Origin: Phallusia mammillata
Lineage: Eukaryota
Assembly (NCBI GenBank): GCA_965637545.1
Contig: OZ281496.1
Location: 27,776,001 to 27,840,000, forward strand
Direction: 5' to 3'
Length of the DNA: 64,000 bases
Shown here: positions 60,598-64,000 of the stretch, piece by piece
Position numbering within the stretch: position 1 is the stretch's first letter
Layout: the number at the start of each line of letters is the position of its first letter
Made by a program: the position numbers and the translations under genes
The notes under the pieces: generated by a model
What the model was told of the DNA's origin: nothing
The model's input: only the letters and a program-made list of their open reading frames with translations
Databases searched by the model: none

Positions 60598-63385
60598 ATG
60601 ATGCGCGTTTTTTTATTTCTCACTATTCTTGTAGCAGCGACGGTCTACAAAGTTGCTGCAATTGATGCAGGATCAGGTGAGAGCCTTTAGAAAAAACGGT
60701 TATTGTAACAACACGCGAATTTTGAAGTCGTATACAACACAGGACACACTAAGCGTTGTCAAGTGTAGTGTTGTTCTGTGTTTCCAGACTTGAAACTAAT
60801 CACCTGGACCACCTGACGTGTTGTCCGTCATGTGTGGAGTGTTGTTAAGAGAATACACATCGATTATCCCGGTAACAACATACCTGCAGTGTGCTTAGAA
60901 CACATCGTTAGTGTGGTTGAAACACATCGGGGGGTTGAAACAACACTGTTTTTTCTAGTGAAACGTAGCAAAAAACAAAACGTTTGTTCCCCAAAAAATT
61001 GTAACCTCTCAGGGCGAAAGCGTTTTTTTAGCACTGGTTATAAACCCTGGATGAACAAAACTATTTTTGGTGGTTTACCCAAAAGTCTTTTTAACTGCAC
61101 AAACTAAAAAATGTGTTGAAGATAGAAAGGGCTGGGAAAGAGCCCAGGAATTAACGTTGAGTTGAAACGTGGGGCGATTTATTTAGTAACTGCAGCAACA
61201 AGTTTCGACCTTTCAAAGAACAAATACGCATTGATATCACTAATAATGGCATGAGAGTTTTGCCGAAACGTTTGAAAAATAAAGCATGTTGCTTTTACCA
61301 ATGTTTGGGCCGTTATTTTCACCGTTAAACTCTTGAACAAATACGCATGAATCTGGTAGAACAAACAACAACAGGCAAACTCAAAAATTACTTTTTTGTT
61401 TAAGTTACAAAAAAATACGATTTTCCAAGGGTTTCCCAACTTTAAGAGCAAAAACTTTACTTGGGTATTTTGCATAAAGGCCAGCGAAGAATCAACGCGT
61501 ATGTTTTGTTCGTTTCAGTTTTCGTCGTTTACCAAGTAAACGATACACGTCCAGTTGGAGGTGTATTGATGACAACGATAACAACGAATGTGGAGGCGGA
61601 GACGGACAGCACATCGGCAAATACTTCTGTTACCTTTCTTAAAATGACTGCCACCAACATTATCAGTAAGCACGCAAATAATTGAGTAGTCACTACTGAG
61701 TAAAGTTACAATTTTTACAGTAGAGTTTTATTTTTAAACAAGGTTACCAAAATTCTTTTAAGGTACATATGTTTGATCTTTAAATTCTTCAACACGCTGT
61801 AAGCAAATTTTTTTCACTAAAGTGTACTTCCACAAAAAATGACCTCTAGCAACTTTACCATTAATGGAAGTTTCTAGCTTTAGGTAAAAAAAAAGAAAAA
61901 AAAGGTTAATGTTTTAGTCTTTATCTATTAAACAATATGCTGGGTGGTGCTATCTTTAAATTTAGAATATGAGTTTTGCTAAAGCGGACATTTATAATTT
62001 CCATAGTACCTGACGTTTGTGCAACTAACAATCCCTGTGCCAGCGGGACAGCAAACTGCCTGGTGCTTGGAGATTCAATCGCCGAATGCTCGTGCATGAC
62101 CGGTTACAGTGACTCCAGTACAACAAGTTATCCGCCACATGCTACACCGCTTGTTCCACCTGGAACGGCATGCACGGGTAAGCATAAGATAGATGCTTTT
62201 TGGAGAACTTTGAAAGTATTAAAGTGTCCACAGATGAGTCGAGAACCTTTTCACAGCAGAGTTCAGTTCTTTGTCGCACTGTGCAAAAATGGCAGTCGAC
62301 ATTTCGAGTCAAAAATATTTGCGTATAAGTATTATACGACCCTTACATGCAGATATCGATGAATGCACACCCACAAACGCAACCATTTGCGGAGCTGAAA
62401 CATTCAACTGCACAAACAACGTCGGTTCATTCTTTTGCGATTGCAACACTGGCTACAGTTTCTCATCGACGTCAGCACTTTGTGAAAGTACGTTTCCAGC
62501 GCTTATCTCATGCACCGTTAACCAAATAACTTTATGATATAAGAGCATTTTAAGTTCACATATTATATGGATGGAACCAAGCATCAAATAACGATCTGAA
62601 TCGGTTTTGACCATCCATGGTATAACAAACTTCACCTAACTCTACATATTTAGTGTTTAAATAGGTTTTTAAACAATACAAACAAACGCAACTGTGGGTA
62701 TTGGAAAAAAATCAAACAGTTATAAGTATCGCTTATGTCAAATATGAATCACAGATCTTGACGAATGCACGACGGGAACTCACAACTGCGACGCCAACGC
62801 AATGTGTGGGGACACTGTTGGTAACTTTACATGTACCTGTAACCCTGGATATGCAGGCGACGGCGTCAGTTGCACGGGTAAGTGATAGGAAGATATATTC
62901 ATAGGTTGCAACGGATTTATAAGAAGAATAACTATTCCAGTTAGACTGATACCTGTTTTCGTAACAACGAGCGATTTAACTCGCCTTTACACTGTCAAAA
63001 TGAATTAGCGAATTTTTGAACTTAAGACTAGAGTGATAACCAAGACAAAAGCAATATGGCGTGTTTTGACTAAAGCAATATGCACAGCAATGCACGGCGA
63101 AAACAACGTTAAATTTTGAAAAAGTTTTTAGATGTTCCTTTAGGTTAAAATAGATGTTGAAAGGCCTGTGACACAGGGTGCTATTGATGAACATATATGT
63201 TGCATGTTGTACCTGTGAAGCATGGTAACACGATATTATATTATCAGATGTGGATGAGTGTGCAAACACAACTACATACACATGTGGCGGATTGGGAACA
63301 TGTGTAAACAACATCGGTTCCTACACATGTACTTGTAACACAGGTTATATGATGGACACATCAGTCGATCCCATTGACTGTGTGG
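60598..63385 (+). CDS. Secreted multi-cbEGF protein, 5' part (probably continues past the window)
   Basis: Exons 60598-60676 (signal MMRVFLFLTILVAATVYKVAA), 61519-61665, 62007-62177, 62353-62487, 62755-62877 and 63248-63385. Three D(I/L/V)DEC cbEGF repeats; all introns are phase-1 GT-AG. Confidence 0.88.
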
Positions 63386-64000
63386 GTAAGTAAAAATCTC
63401 TTCACTTTACCAGTTGGTTTCAAATAAAACTAGAAGATCAGCGTTTCTTAAACTCCAAATGCGTATAACAATACGGACCATTTGTGTTCCAACTTAGGTG
63501 TAAGGCTGTGTCGTATTTCGTTTTTTTAAGGGAATAAGAGAATATATATCCCATAAATATTTCTGAATGTGCTTTTAATGTTAGGGAAGCATGTCAAATT
63601 CAATATTTACAAGTAGCCGGTGGGATGGTTTCTTTGATGATACTAGTACGAAAAAACGTAAAAACGCTTGTCACAGTCAGTAGCAAATACCCATGCGTGC
63701 TCATACCTAGCTTGGTTGAAGGTAGTAGAGTCGTAACCTGTTATGAACGTACATGCCGAATACGAAAGTTCATTCCCGAAACCTGTTTAAAACGTTTTTT
63801 ATTTCATACAAGCACTAAAAAAGTTTAGAAGTTCGTAAATCAAACGCCCGAGAAGATTAATGCGCCCGATGCTATTTTTCTGCGACCAGACAATATGTGG
63901 CTAGAATCACGTGCCAATTTTACTTGTAGTTAAGCATATGTGATAAGCAACAAAAGAAAATCACCTTGAGTTAAACACATGAGCGGCCCACGATCTAATC

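Noticed and set aside
60790-60880. Extra exon 2 of the plus EGF gene after TTTCCAG
   Set aside because: It has an in-frame TGA after 9 codons, and the 61519 exon matches the paralog's exon 2.

Overview
AT-rich eukaryotic (animal) genomic DNA with compact spliceosomal introns, probably an invertebrate chordate such as an ascidian (inferred, not proven). There is one 200-N assembly gap at 15525-15724. Recognisable protein-coding content: a 4-exon RhoGAP-only fragment of an SRGAP gene (minus), two intact tandem ENPP7-like phosphodiesterase genes (minus, 9 exons each), two paralogous secreted EGF/cbEGF genes (one minus, one plus and running off the window), and a candidate small Cys-rich prepropeptide gene. 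It also holds a ~146-bp satellite, several MITEs, tRNA-derived SINE heads and a decayed LINE. The most interesting region is 3.9-27.2 kb. It is a superfamily of repeated minus-strand exon-intron units whose short exons show no conserved continuous reading frame, while splice sites and one element in the equivalent intron are conserved. In the 750-bp subfamily (8 copies) that element is a 73-nt hairpin with a ~33-bp stem that looks like a pre-miRNA. In the older subfamily (~18 copies) it is a conserved GCAYG/CACGTG imperfect hairpin. The donor upstream of the element is usually non-canonical (GC or GTTAAGT), and two paralogous first exons begin in a TCT/TOP-like pyrimidine tract. My best model is an intronic small-RNA (miRNA) cluster in non-coding host transcripts, architecturally like primate C19MC. 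All folds were done by eye and need computation and small-RNA data.
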